Shown here: one piece after another, positions 1 through 10,256 of the stretch
Numbering within the stretch: position 1 is the stretch's first letter
Layout of the letters: every line of letters begins with the position of its first letter
Virus record (IMG/VR): IMGVR_UViG_3300009550_000009
Direction: 5' to 3' (one strand)
DNA length: 64,000 bases
From: a virus
Program-made: the position numbers and the translations under genes
The notes under the pieces: model-generated
Told to the model about the DNA's origin: nothing
The model's input: only the letters and a program-made list of their open reading frames with translations
Databases searched by the model: none

Positions 1-1
1 T

Positions 2-895
2 ATAGAAAAAGATGTTATTAAATTAAATAATCATCATGATTATAATACAACTAATATAACAGAGTTATATAAAATAGTTGAAGAATTAAAAGAAAAACAA
101 GAGATATTAAAAGAGGAAGTAAATACTAGACCTATTCAGCCAGATCCAAGTGAAGATAATGCAGATCCTCTTACACCAACCAATCAAAATTTTGCAACTC
201 ATGAAGATTTAGCAGAACATTATAAACTGTTCGTAAACAGAATCCAACAACAATTATATACGATTGGTGGTGGTGGTGCAGGATTTATAAAAGATTTAGA
301 TGATGTTACTTTTGATAGTGGAATAGGCACAAATAAATTATTAATTTATAATGGAAATAAATGGGTTGGTATTGCCAGCACAGCTTTAATAGGAAATATA
401 TCTGAAGTATCAGGTAATTTTAACGTTGCAGGAAACATAACTGGAACAGCAGCCACATTTACTGGAAACGTTACGGTTGGTGGAACTATCACATATGATG
501 ATGTAACATTTTTAGATTCGGTAGGAGTTGCAACTGCTAGAAGTGGTTTAGATGTTGGTGGTGGAAGTATCACTCCGATTATATCAATTCAAGCAGCAAC
601 TGATACAACTACAACCACATCAGTATCTACAATTGATAGTTTCAGCAAATCAACGTTTAGATCAGCTCAATATCAAATACAAATAACACAGGGATCTAAT
701 TATCATGTTACAACTTTGAATGTTTTACATGACGGGTCAACAGTGTTTTTAAATGAGTTTGGAACGATAAGGACAGGTGCATCTCTTGCATCTTTTGATG
801 CTGATATTAGTTCTGATAATGTAAGAGTTAGAGCAACTCCAACTACGGATTCATCCACTGTTTTTAAATTAACAAAAACCCTAACTAGAGTATGA
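2..895 (+). CDS. 5'-truncated virion structural protein (fibre/baseplate-associated type)
   Basis: Open frame 2 from the window edge to TGA 893-895, not in the ORF track. Coiled coil, then GGGGAGFIKDLDDV, Gly/Thr-rich beta repeats (GNVTVGGTITYDDV) and a C-terminal FRSAQYQIQITQG domain typical of cyanophage structural proteins. Confidence 0.65.
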   Translation: MEKDVIKLNNHHDYNTTNITELYKIVEELKEKQEILKEEVNTRPIQPDPSEDNADPLTPTNQNFATHEDLAEHYKLFVNRIQQQLYTIGGGGAGFIKDLDDVTFDSGIGTNKLLIYNGNKWVGIASTALIGNISEVSGNFNVAGNITGTAATFTGNVTVGGTITYDDVTFLDSVGVATARSGLDVGGGSITPIISIQAATDTTTTTSVSTIDSFSKSTFRSAQYQIQITQGSNYHVTTLNVLHDGSTVFLNEFGTIRTGASLASFDADISSDNVRVRATPTTDSSTVFKLTKTLTRV

Positions 896-1251
896 AGACT
901 TTTAAGGAATTCTTACAAGAGCAACCAACAATGTCGGGGGGAAATCCTCAAGCATATAGTCAGGATGCTGATGATAGTGGCCCTGTTGCCGGTCATGATA
1001 AAAGACTATTTCCTCAAGATATAGATCTTTTAGATCAAGGATTCCAAACTGCTGCAGAGACTGGAGAAAATCGTTATAACACATTTTCAAATGTGTATCC
1101 AGTTATGAGAGTATCGCTTTCAAATAATCAAGGTGATGGGCCTTCAATAGATAGTATGGTTGCAGCATCAAAGAAATTTGTTAATATAGAGGCAGCAAAA
1201 ACTGCAGAAAGAATTAAAAAAACCTATCAACAATTCATGGGATACAGATGA
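892..1251 (+). CDS. hypothetical protein with capsid-targeting-like leader MKTFKEFLQE
   Basis: Start overlaps the upstream stop; leader resembles the T4 internal-protein CTS MKTYQEFIAE. Confidence 0.7.
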   Translation: MKTFKEFLQEQPTMSGGNPQAYSQDADDSGPVAGHDKRLFPQDIDLLDQGFQTAAETGENRYNTFSNVYPVMRVSLSNNQGDGPSIDSMVAASKKFVNIEAAKTAERIKKTYQQFMGYR

Positions 1252-1892
1252 AAAGTTTAGATCGTTTTATAGAAGAGGCAGCAAAAAGTGTCTCTCCAAA
1301 AAAATGTCCACCCGGATCATATTATTGTTTTGATGAGAAAAAATGCAAAAAAATACCCGGAGGATACCACGTTGGTAGAGGTGGGTTTTTAGAACCTGAC
1401 TCTAAAAAGAAAAATGGAAATGGAGGTAACGGTAATGGAAACGGAAATGGCAATGGAAATGGCAACGGAAATGGATCTGGAAATGGTAATGGCTCTGGTA
1501 ATGGTGGGAACGGCGGCTCTGGTAATGGTGGGGGTGGCGGCGGTGGAATTGGCGAGGAGGTAGTAAACTTACCACTTCATGTTATAATTCCAAAATCTCA
1601 AGTTGAATTTAATCTAGGACTCATGTTTAAAGAGAGTTTAGATCAAGATACGGGAATGTTGTTCATATTTAAAGAGAATGGTGAAAAATATTTTCATATG
1701 AAAAATACAGTCATTCCTTTAGATGTTGCTTTTATTGACGAGCAAGGTTATGTTGCTAATATCAAAGAATTATATCCTTTAAAAACAACTGTAATTCCAT
1801 CAGAATGTAATGCCAGATATGCTCTTGAAGTTAATCGTGGTTGGTTTGAAAGAAATAATGTGAAAATAGGGGATAAAGTTTTAGATATATAA
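1248..1892 (+). CDS. DUF192-family domain protein with N-terminal Cys module and Gly-Asn linker
   Basis: C-terminal GLMFKESL..GMLFIF..FHMKNT.IPLDVAFID..YALEVNRGWF is the DUF192 pattern. Confidence 0.8.
   Translation: MKSLDRFIEEAAKSVSPKKCPPGSYYCFDEKKCKKIPGGYHVGRGGFLEPDSKKKNGNGGNGNGNGNGNGNGNGNGSGNGNGSGNGGNGGSGNGGGGGGGIGEEVVNLPLHVIIPKSQVEFNLGLMFKESLDQDTGMLFIFKENGEKYFHMKNTVIPLDVAFIDEQGYVANIKELYPLKTTVIPSECNARYALEVNRGWFERNNVKIGDKVLDI
1413..1547 (+). repeat. low-complexity (Asn-Gly)n / poly-Gly coding repeat
   Basis: aatggN/aacggN tandem units encoding NGNGGNGNGNGNG...GGGGGG. Confidence 0.9.
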
Positions 1893-1912
1893 TATATCGA
1901 TCATGTATTTGA

Positions 1913-2476
1913 ATGGAAAGTAAGAAAGGACTGCTAAAGTGGTTCGCTCTTGGTGTTGGCACTTTATTGGGCGTATCACATTTTAGTATGATTGGTTTAC
2001 TGGCAAATCGAAAAACTTTGCCGGAGATTAATTTACCTGTAGGCCCATATACTTCATATGAAGTAAGAGCAGGGCATGAAGGTTATGAAATAAAATATCG
2101 GGCAAATGATCCGAAAGTATTAACAGTAGAGAAAGATATAAACAGAAAAGGTGGTTTTCTTGGTTTAGGAAATAACAAAACAATTGTAAAAGAACAATTT
2201 GTTATGAGTTCTAGTGGAGGATATAAACAGGAAAAGAAGCTTAGTGCAGCGCAAGTCGAATGTATCAAAGCAGCAGGAGGAGGAGAGCAAACGGGAAGAC
2301 TTGTCGGGGGCAGTGTTGGCACTGTTGTTGCTAAGCCTCTTGCCTCTGTCCCCATTGTTGGTTGGGTTCTTGCTGGTGCTGCGACAATGATGGGAATGAA
2401 TGAAGGTGCTGAGATAGGTGGAAATATGGCACAAGATTTGTCAGATGCATGCCAAGAAGAAAACCTAACTAAATAA
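1913..2476 (+). CDS. hypothetical membrane-associated protein with glycine-zipper-like C-terminus
   Basis: N-terminal hydrophobic segment; GRLVGGSVG..GAEIGG. Confidence 0.7.
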   Translation: MESKKGLLKWFALGVGTLLGVSHFSMIGLLANRKTLPEINLPVGPYTSYEVRAGHEGYEIKYRANDPKVLTVEKDINRKGGFLGLGNNKTIVKEQFVMSSSGGYKQEKKLSAAQVECIKAAGGGEQTGRLVGGSVGTVVAKPLASVPIVGWVLAGAATMMGMNEGAEIGGNMAQDLSDACQEENLTK

Positions 2477-2496
2477 TAACACGATAACTCGTAAAC

Positions 2497-2883
2497 ATGA
2501 CACCATCTCAAATTTCAGCATTAGAACATTGTGGTATCAAAGTTGAAGATGCCACTGGAGACATTAAGTTTCGTGAATTCGAGTTCATTGATATAATTAA
2601 AACAGAACCACTTAAATCACCAAAATCTAATATTCAATACACAGAATATCAAGAAGCAACAAAGCTTCCAGATTATAATAAAGTAGGAAATATAATAGAC
2701 GTATACTTAGCATGGAGAGGATCAAGTTACATGATCAAAATGTTCTTCCCATCAGTCAAAAAACCATCCCGTAGAGAAGTCCAGATACAGATGCAGAAAG
2801 TGTATCCCGGTGCTAAACTCTATAATTATCAGATATCCAATCATGACCCCGGAGCACCAATCCTCCAGACAACAAGAGGATAA
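2497..2883 (+). CDS. hypothetical protein
   Basis: ORF preceded by late-promoter-like CTAAATA. Confidence 0.7.
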   Translation: MTPSQISALEHCGIKVEDATGDIKFREFEFIDIIKTEPLKSPKSNIQYTEYQEATKLPDYNKVGNIIDVYLAWRGSSYMIKMFFPSVKKPSRREVQIQMQKVYPGAKLYNYQISNHDPGAPILQTTRG

Positions 2884-2974
2884 CAAGAATTTAAAGAAGA
2901 AAATAGAAAATTTACAAAAAGTTTTAGAGTTACAACAAAAAACAATTGATCACGACAAAAAATTTATGATTTAA
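2843..2974 (+). CDS. small coiled-coil hypothetical protein (43 aa)
   Basis: MTPEHQSSRQQEDNKNLKKKIENLQKVLELQQKTIDHDKKFMI fills the gap up to the gp17 start. Confidence 0.4.
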   Translation: MTPEHQSSRQQEDNKNLKKKIENLQKVLELQQKTIDHDKKFMI

Positions 2975-2977
2975 AAA

Positions 2978-4633
2978 ATGCCTACAGTTGAAAATATTTA
3001 TCTTGGCAATCCTAATTTAAAGAAAGCCAATACACCAATTGAATTTACACAAGAACAGGTATTAGAGTTTGTGGCATGTCGTCATGATCCTGTCTATTTT
3101 GCACAAAAATATATAAAGATAGTCACATTGGATCATGGATTGCAACCATTTGCAATGTATGATTTTCAAAAAAAATTAATTGAGAATTTCCATGAAAACC
3201 GTTTTAACATCTGTAAGATGCCTCGGCAGACGGGTAAATCTACAACAGTTGTATCTTATCTCCTACATTATGCAGTATTTAATGATAATGTTAATATTGC
3301 AATACTCGCTAACAAAGCCTCCACTGCAAGGGATCTTTTAGGTAGATTGCAATTAGCATATGAAAATTTACCCAAGTGGATGCAGCAAGGTATTCTTGCT
3401 TGGAACAAAGGTTCATTAGAATTAGAAAACGGATCAAAAATATTAGCAGCATCCACATCAGCATCAGCAGTTCGTGGAGGATCTTATAACGTCATATTCT
3501 TAGACGAATTTGCTTTCATTCCAAATCATATTGCAGATCAGTTCTTTGCATCTGTATATCCTACAATATCATCTGGACAAAGCACAAAAGTTATAATAGT
3601 ATCCACGCCACATGGTATGAATCATTTCTACCGTATGTGGCATGATGCTGAACGTTCAAAAAATGAATATGTTCCTACAGATGTTCATTGGTCGGAAGTT
3701 CCGGGTCGAGATGAAAAATGGAGAGAACAAACAATTGCAAACACATCTGAAGCTCAATTTAAAGTTGAGTTTGAATGTGAATTTCTTGGATCAGTTGATA
3801 CTTTGATTGCCCCAAGTAAATTAAGAAGTTTGGTATATGAGAATCCAATAAAAAGAAATGCTGGATTGGACGTATATGAAGATCCTGCTGTAAAGCATGA
3901 TTATGTTTGCACAGTTGACGTTGCTCGTGGAGTTGGAAATGATTACTCTGCGTTTGTAGTAATTGATATTACAACTTTCCCTCATAAGGTTGTGGCAAAA
4001 TATCGAAACAACGAAATAAAACCAATGCTGTTTCCCTCAATAATATATGAAGTATGCAAAAGTTATAACAATGCCTTTATATTATGCGAGGTGAATGATA
4101 TTGGTGATCAAGTTGCATCAATTCTCAATTTCGATATGGAATATGAAAATCTCTTGATGTGTTCAATGAGAGGTCGCGCTGGTCAAATTGTTGGGCAAGG
4201 TTTTTCTGGAAAGAAAACTCAACTTGGTGTAAAAATGTCTAAGACCGTCAAGAAAGTTGGATCGTTAAACCTAAAAACAATTGTTGAAGCAGATAAACTG
4301 ATATTTTGTGATTATGAAATATTAAGCGAACTTACAACATTCATACAAAAAAGTAATTCATTTGAAGCAGAGGAAGGATGTAATGATGACCTTGCCATGT
4401 GTCTCGTCATATATGCATGGTTAGTTCAGTGTGATTATTTTAAAGAACTTACTGATCAAGATGTCAGAAAAAGATTATATGAGGAGCAAAAAAATCAAAT
4501 AGAACAAGACATGGCTCCCTTTGGTTTCATGGACGATGGACTTGGCGAAGATACGTTCATTGATTCTGACGGTGATCGTTGGAATAAAGCTGACGAATAT
4601 GGAGACCGATCTTTTATGTGGGAGTATCGATGA
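2978..4633 (+). CDS. gp17: terminase large subunit gp17
   Basis: PRQTGKST Walker A, IFLDEFAF Walker B, DVARG and DDLAM nuclease motifs. Confidence 0.98.
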   Translation: MPTVENIYLGNPNLKKANTPIEFTQEQVLEFVACRHDPVYFAQKYIKIVTLDHGLQPFAMYDFQKKLIENFHENRFNICKMPRQTGKSTTVVSYLLHYAVFNDNVNIAILANKASTARDLLGRLQLAYENLPKWMQQGILAWNKGSLELENGSKILAASTSASAVRGGSYNVIFLDEFAFIPNHIADQFFASVYPTISSGQSTKVIIVSTPHGMNHFYRMWHDAERSKNEYVPTDVHWSEVPGRDEKWREQTIANTSEAQFKVEFECEFLGSVDTLIAPSKLRSLVYENPIKRNAGLDVYEDPAVKHDYVCTVDVARGVGNDYSAFVVIDITTFPHKVVAKYRNNEIKPMLFPSIIYEVCKSYNNAFILCEVNDIGDQVASILNFDMEYENLLMCSMRGRAGQIVGQGFSGKKTQLGVKMSKTVKKVGSLNLKTIVEADKLIFCDYEILSELTTFIQKSNSFEAEEGCNDDLAMCLVIYAWLVQCDYFKELTDQDVRKRLYEEQKNQIEQDMAPFGFMDDGLGEDTFIDSDGDRWNKADEYGDRSFMWEYR

Positions 4634-4902
4634 TTTATTTTTTACTTACAAGCGCAAGCTTTTTTAACTTTTTATTTTACATTTTTGCGATAGGATTTGT
4701 CATTGCATTGATATTAGAGCAAATTGTAAGAAGAGGTGGTAACGATCTAGATATTTTAATTGTTACAACTAATAGAAAATTTTGTTGGCGACAAGCTTGG
4801 CTTGTAAATATTCTTTGGTTTTTATGCAATATTCTACTGTATCTTTCAACAAGAGCAGCAGCACCAGTTGGTTCAGATATTATCTGGAGAGGTGAATTGT
4901 AA
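4630..4902 (+). CDS. small membrane protein
   Basis: ATG overlaps gp17 stop; two hydrophobic helices. Confidence 0.65.
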   Translation: MIYFLLTSASFFNFLFYIFAIGFVIALILEQIVRRGGNDLDILIVTTNRKFCWRQAWLVNILWFLCNILLYLSTRAAAPVGSDIIWRGEL

Positions 4903-4962
4903 AGAAAAACATTATAAAGAGAATATTAAACTTGTAAATAATAAAGAACAAAGGTAGACTGA

Positions 4963-5145
4963 GTGGATTGGGATAAAGAAGTAAAATTATCTGAAATGGA
5001 GAGTATGATTACTGTTTACGAAAAACACATCGAACATTTAGAAAAAGAAAACGTTGAACTTAAGGACGAAGTTCTTTTTTTAAAAAAACAACTTGAATAC
5101 AAGACAATGGGAAAACCAACACATGAGGTGAATAATGAGTGGTGA
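4963..5145 (+). CDS. small coiled-coil hypothetical protein
   Basis: GTG start after AGGT; heptad pattern. Confidence 0.6.
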   Translation: MDWDKEVKLSEMESMITVYEKHIEHLEKENVELKDEVLFLKKQLEYKTMGKPTHEVNNEW

Positions 5146-5293
5146 TGTAGGTTTATCAGGAGATGACACGATCGTTTTCTATAGTAAAAAAATGACTGAA
5201 GCAAAAATGATTGTTTTAGCACACAAAGGAATTAAATTAAATTATGACTCTAAATATGATATTAATAATGTAAAGTCATTAAAGAATAAATAA
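5135..5293 (+). CDS. small hypothetical protein (52 aa)
   Basis: MSGDVGLSGDDTIVFYSKKMTEAKMIVLAHKGIK...; overlaps the previous stop; not in the ORF track. Confidence 0.55.
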   Translation: MSGDVGLSGDDTIVFYSKKMTEAKMIVLAHKGIKLNYDSKYDINNVKSLKNK

Positions 5294-5326
5294 TTTCTAG
5301 GTAAAACTGAGAACTCGGAGAAAAAC

Positions 5327-7633
5327 ATGGCGACTCCTCAATTATCTCCCGGCGTATTGGTCAGAGAGGTTGATTTAACAGTAGGAAGAGCAGATAATGT
5401 ATTAGACAATATCGGCGCAATAGCGGGCCCATTTCGTCTTGGCCCAATTGATGAACCCATTCAAGTATCAAATGAAGAGGAGTTAATCAAAAATTTTGGT
5501 AAACCACTTTCAACTGATAGGCAGTATGAATATTGGATGAGTGCAGCATCATTCTTATCATATGGTGGTGTATTAAAGGTAGTAAGAGCAGACGATGATG
5601 ACTTAGGTAATGCTAACGCTGGTGTTGGTATTGCATCTACAACTGTCATTGGTGGATCAGGTGGTTTAAAAATAGAAAACTATGATGATTATCAGCAAAA
5701 TCATGTTGCCGATACAAGTTTCTATTATGCTGCTAAAACTCCGGGTTCTTATGCTAACGGATTAAAGGTTTGTCAGATCGATGATCAAGCAGATCAAATA
5801 ATCGGAATCAATACAACAAGTTTAGAAGATTACGGTGCAACAATTGGTGTCGGTGTCACAGCAGCATTAACTAATGTTGTCATACCGGGTGCAGGATCAA
5901 CTGCAACATTCACTGGACATCTGAAAGGAATCATTACAGGTGTGGCAACAGATGCTACAAATGGTGATTCAAAAATTGATGTTAAGATTACTGCAAGAGT
6001 ATCAAGTGCCGGAACAGAATTTAAAATAGATTATGCACAAAATTCACTAACCAACTCATTTAAAACAGTAACTGAAGGTGGTGGAGCAGGAATTGCAGCA
6101 ACAACTGTATTCTTTGTGAATAGTTCAGGTATTAACACTGGTGCACCGAACGCACCAATCACAGCTGCATCTGCAGAAATTGTAACAGCAGTAGATTGGT
6201 ATGATCAACAAACTCTAGGATTAGAAAACTCAACTATTTTCTGGAAAACACTTGCACCTAGACCAGTATCTAATAAGTATACACTTGATAGAAATGGTAA
6301 GAACGATGGTATTCACGTTGCAGTCATTGATGATGCTGGAACAATAAGTGGTGTTCAAGGTAATGTTCTTGAGAAACATCTTAACTTATCTAAAGCACAT
6401 GATGCCATCTCGAATGTAAATTCTCCAGAAAAAATTTACTATAAGCAATATCTTGCAGATAGATCAGAAAATCTTTATGCTGGATTTAATCCATCACAAT
6501 CACAAGATGCTTTCCATAAAACTGCTGCTGGATCATTCCAAGAACCAAGAGCAACAGGATTCTCAACAGGATTTGTTGCAAATACAACTGCTCAAGGTTT
6601 GTGGAGTCAAAATGCTCAGAATAATACATTCGCAGCCATAGGTAATGTAACTTACAACCTTGGTGGTGGAACAGATTACACTAGCGTTTCTGGTGCAATT
6701 CCTGCTCCCGGAGCAAATGGTGGAATGACTGCTACGCTCTCTGATCTTAAAACAGCGTATGACACACTTTCAAATAAAGATGAACAGGCAGTTGATTTTA
6801 TAATCATGGGGCCTGGTCTTGGATCTAGAGATTTATCTCAAGCAAAAGCAAATCATGTAATCTCAATTGCAAATGCAAGAAAGGATTGTATTGCTACTGT
6901 TGGGCCACATAGAGATGATCTTGTTAACATATCCAACACAACAACACAAACAAATAATTTAATACAATATTTCAGTCCATTAACCTCATCATCATATTGT
7001 GTGTTTGATAGTGGTTACAAATATATGTTTGATAGATTCAATAATGAATTTAGATTCATTCCTGCTAATGGAGACACTGCCGGATTGATGGTTCGCACAG
7101 CGGTCACTTCATTCCCATGGTTCTCACCTGCTGGTGAACAAAGAGGTGTGTTGAATAATGCTATTAAATTAGCATATAACCCAACCAAAGCACAGAGAGA
7201 TATACTTTATCCTCAAAGGGTTAACTCTTACATAACCAAACCGGGAATCGGAACATTATTATTTGGTGATAAAACTGGATTGTCATTTGCATCTGCATTC
7301 GACAGAATCAATGTTCGTCGTTTATTCCTCACTGTGGAACAAGCACTTGAAAGTGCTGCTGAAGCACAACTCTTTGAGTTGAATGATGAACTAACAAGAG
7401 CAAACTTTAGAAATATTGTTGAACCGTTCTTGAGAGATGTTGAAGCAAAACGAGGAATATCAGGATTCCTAGTTATTTGTGATACATCAAACAACACTCC
7501 TGATGTTATTGATAATAATGAATTCAGGGCTGACATCTTCCTGAAACCAGCAAGATCAATCAACTTCATCACACTAACATTCGTTGCCACTAGAACTGGA
7601 GTTAGTTTTGAAGAAGTCGCAGGTCGAGTTTAA
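5327..7633 (+). CDS. gp18: tail sheath protein gp18
   Basis: LSPGVLVREVDLT N-terminus; PWFSPAG, FDRINVRRLF, IFLKPARSINFITLTF. Confidence 0.98.
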   Translation: MATPQLSPGVLVREVDLTVGRADNVLDNIGAIAGPFRLGPIDEPIQVSNEEELIKNFGKPLSTDRQYEYWMSAASFLSYGGVLKVVRADDDDLGNANAGVGIASTTVIGGSGGLKIENYDDYQQNHVADTSFYYAAKTPGSYANGLKVCQIDDQADQIIGINTTSLEDYGATIGVGVTAALTNVVIPGAGSTATFTGHLKGIITGVATDATNGDSKIDVKITARVSSAGTEFKIDYAQNSLTNSFKTVTEGGGAGIAATTVFFVNSSGINTGAPNAPITAASAEIVTAVDWYDQQTLGLENSTIFWKTLAPRPVSNKYTLDRNGKNDGIHVAVIDDAGTISGVQGNVLEKHLNLSKAHDAISNVNSPEKIYYKQYLADRSENLYAGFNPSQSQDAFHKTAAGSFQEPRATGFSTGFVANTTAQGLWSQNAQNNTFAAIGNVTYNLGGGTDYTSVSGAIPAPGANGGMTATLSDLKTAYDTLSNKDEQAVDFIIMGPGLGSRDLSQAKANHVISIANARKDCIATVGPHRDDLVNISNTTTQTNNLIQYFSPLTSSSYCVFDSGYKYMFDRFNNEFRFIPANGDTAGLMVRTAVTSFPWFSPAGEQRGVLNNAIKLAYNPTKAQRDILYPQRVNSYITKPGIGTLLFGDKTGLSFASAFDRINVRRLFLTVEQALESAAEAQLFELNDELTRANFRNIVEPFLRDVEAKRGISGFLVICDTSNNTPDVIDNNEFRADIFLKPARSINFITLTFVATRTGVSFEEVAGRV

Positions 7634-7664
7634 TTGAATAAATAACTAAAGGAGATTAACAACT

Positions 7665-8255
7665 ATGGCAACAACTAGAGAAAACAAAACCATTTCTCAA
7701 TTTAAATCTCAATTAATTGGTGGTGGAGCAAGACCGAATCTGTTTGAGGTAGAGATGGCAACTTTACCTCCGGGCATAGCATGGCCTGCAGATAACTTTA
7801 GGTATATGTGCAAAGCAGCACAGTTACCAGCATCAGTTATTGCAAACATTGATATACCATTTAGAGGTCGTATTTTTAAAGTCGCTGGAGATAGAACCAT
7901 TGAACCATGGAGTATCACAGTTATTAATGATGAAGACTTTAGAATTAGAAAAGCAATGGAAGAATGGGTTGATACAATTGCTAAATTAGAAAATAATTTA
8001 GGTGCAACCGATCCAAGTGCATATATGGTTAATGCAAAAGTATTCCAATTAGGTAGAGGATCTGTTCCAAGTTCACAAAATAACGCTGGTGACAGAAATA
8101 CAGTTTTAAGAGAATATGAGTTTATCGACATATTTCCAACAAGTGTATCATCAATTGACCTATCTTACGATTCTTCTGATACAATAGAAGAGTTCGTAGT
8201 TGATTTCGCAGTTCAGTCATTCCAGTTTATTGACGCAGGGGGCATTGACGGTTAA
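7665..8255 (+). CDS. gp19: tail tube protein gp19
   Basis: GGARPNLFEV, FRGR..KVAGDRT, follows gp18. Confidence 0.97.
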   Translation: MATTRENKTISQFKSQLIGGGARPNLFEVEMATLPPGIAWPADNFRYMCKAAQLPASVIANIDIPFRGRIFKVAGDRTIEPWSITVINDEDFRIRKAMEEWVDTIAKLENNLGATDPSAYMVNAKVFQLGRGSVPSSQNNAGDRNTVLREYEFIDIFPTSVSSIDLSYDSSDTIEEFVVDFAVQSFQFIDAGGIDG

Positions 8256-8280
8256 CTAAATAGATAAAAAGTAATAAATT

Positions 8281-9951
8281 ATGTCTAAATTATTTGGGTT
8301 CTCGATTGAGAACACAGAACCACTATCTCCAAATGTAGTATCTCCAGTCCCTGAAAATAGGGAAGACGAGTCAGACTACTTTATGAGTAGTGGTTTTTTT
8401 GGTTCTTATGTTGACATTGAAGGTGTATTTAAAACTGAATTTGATTTAATAAAAAGATATCGTGAAATGAGTCTGCATCCAGAAGTGGATAGTGCCATTG
8501 AAGATATTGTAAATGAAGCTATAGTTTCTGATACAAATGATCATCCAGTTGAAATTGATCTAGATCATTTAAATGCAAGTGATGGTATTAAAAAGAAAGT
8601 AAGAGAAGAATTTAAATATATTCTTGATTTATTGGATTTTGATAAAAAAGCACATGAGATATATCGTAATTGGTATATTGATGGTAGAATCTATTACCAC
8701 AAAGTAATTGATATTAAAAAACCAGAAGAGGGTATTCAAGAATTAAGATACATAGACGCAATCAAAATGCGTTATATAAGACAAGAACAAAAATCAAAAG
8801 AGGACAAATATAAAGTAAACAATCTTTTATCAGATAATCCTACTGATTATCCCTTTCCAAAGATAGAGGAGTATTTTGTTTATAATCCAAAAGCCGCATA
8901 TCCAACTGGTAACATTCAAGCAAGAGGTGCATCTCAAGGAATTAAAATGTCAAGAGATTCAGTCTCTTATTGCACATCTGGTTTAGTAGATAGAAATAAA
9001 GGAACTACATTATCATACTTACACAAGGCTATCAAATCACTTAATCAATTACGTATGATTGAGGATAGTTTGGTGATATATAGATTATCCCGCGCTCCAG
9101 AGCGTAGGATTTTCTACATTGATGTAGGAAACTTGCCGAAGATCAAAGCAGAACAATATCTCAGAGATGTGATGATGCGATATCGAAACAAATTAGTTTA
9201 CGACGCTAACACAGGAGAGATCCGCGATGACAAAAAGTATATGGCGATGCTTGAAGATTTCTGGTTGCCTAGAAGAGAAGGAGGGCGTGGAACTGAGATT
9301 TCTACTTTACCGGGAGGTCAAAATCTCGGAGAGATCACGGACATCGAATACTTCAAGAAAAAACTCTATAGATCGCTCAATGTCCCGCCGTCGAGAATGG
9401 ATGGCGAAGGAGGATTTAACTTGGGACGATCTTCAGAGATACTGAGAGATGAGTTAAAATTTACTAAATTTGTTGGACGTTTGAGAAAAAGATTCTCAAA
9501 TATGTTCCATGATATGTTACGCACTCAACTAATATTAAAGAACATTATTACCCCAGAAGACTGGGAAACAATGAGTGAGCACATACAATATGACTTTTTA
9601 TATGATAATCACTTCTCTGAACTCAAAGAATCTGAGTTATTAAATGAGAGATTAGGTAACGTTGCAACAGCAGAACCATATATTGGAAAGTATTTCTCAC
9701 AGGATTATGTAAGACGTAAGATACTTAGACAAACTGATGAGGATATCATAGAACAAGATAAATTAATTAAACAAGAAATTGCGAGTGGTGCAATTCCAGA
9801 TCCAAGTATTCCTGTTGATCCACAAACAGGTTTACCAATGGATCAAGCTGGATCTACAGGAGATCTTGGTGCACCAGTTCAAGAACCAGATCTAGAATCT
9901 GAAGGTGGTGCAACAGAAGCACCCACTATCCCTAGTGGTGGGGAAATATAA
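8281..9951 (+). CDS. gp20: portal vertex protein gp20
   Basis: YRLSRAPERRIFYIDVGNLP, EDFWLPRREGGRGTEI. Confidence 0.98.
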   Translation: MSKLFGFSIENTEPLSPNVVSPVPENREDESDYFMSSGFFGSYVDIEGVFKTEFDLIKRYREMSLHPEVDSAIEDIVNEAIVSDTNDHPVEIDLDHLNASDGIKKKVREEFKYILDLLDFDKKAHEIYRNWYIDGRIYYHKVIDIKKPEEGIQELRYIDAIKMRYIRQEQKSKEDKYKVNNLLSDNPTDYPFPKIEEYFVYNPKAAYPTGNIQARGASQGIKMSRDSVSYCTSGLVDRNKGTTLSYLHKAIKSLNQLRMIEDSLVIYRLSRAPERRIFYIDVGNLPKIKAEQYLRDVMMRYRNKLVYDANTGEIRDDKKYMAMLEDFWLPRREGGRGTEISTLPGGQNLGEITDIEYFKKKLYRSLNVPPSRMDGEGGFNLGRSSEILRDELKFTKFVGRLRKRFSNMFHDMLRTQLILKNIITPEDWETMSEHIQYDFLYDNHFSELKESELLNERLGNVATAEPYIGKYFSQDYVRRKILRQTDEDIIEQDKLIKQEIASGAIPDPSIPVDPQTGLPMDQAGSTGDLGAPVQEPDLESEGGATEAPTIPSGGEI

Positions 9952-9954
9952 ATA
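9947..9954 (+). promoter_or_regulatory. T4-type late promoter TATAAATA
   Basis: Exact gp55 consensus 30 nt before ORF 9984. Confidence 0.75.
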
Positions 9955-9983
9955 TAAAAGGTTAAAGTATTATTTTCTAAAAT

Positions 9984-10220
9984 ATGGACGATTTAATGGA
10001 TATGATCATCGCTGATGAATCGCCGTCACAAATTAGTGATACGATTAAAGATGCTTTGTTTTCAAAATCAGCTGAGCGTGTTGATGCCTTTCGACCTCAA
10101 GTGTCATCATCAATTTTTGATAATGGTGAAGTAGAGGATGAAATAGAGGATGAAGTAGAAGCAGAGACTGAAACAGACGTAGAAGCTGAAGCAGATACTG
10201 AAATAGGTGACGAAGAGTAA
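9984..10220 (+). CDS. acidic prohead-core-like small protein
   Basis: Lies between gp20 and gp21 (T4 gp67/68 slot); highly acidic tail. Confidence 0.7.
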   Translation: MDDLMDMIIADESPSQISDTIKDALFSKSAERVDAFRPQVSSSIFDNGEVEDEIEDEVEAETETDVEAEADTEIGDEE

Positions 10221-10222
10221 CC

Positions 10223-10230
10223 TATAAATA
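10223..10230 (+). promoter_or_regulatory. T4-type late promoter TATAAATA
   Basis: Exact consensus in intergenic gap. Confidence 0.8.
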
Positions 10231-10256
10231 AATAAAAAATGATCTAGAGTATATCA

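Noticed and set aside
1413-1547. DNA-level functional repeat or contingency locus
   Set aside because: Third codon positions vary freely, so selection is on the Gly-Asn peptide, not the DNA repeat
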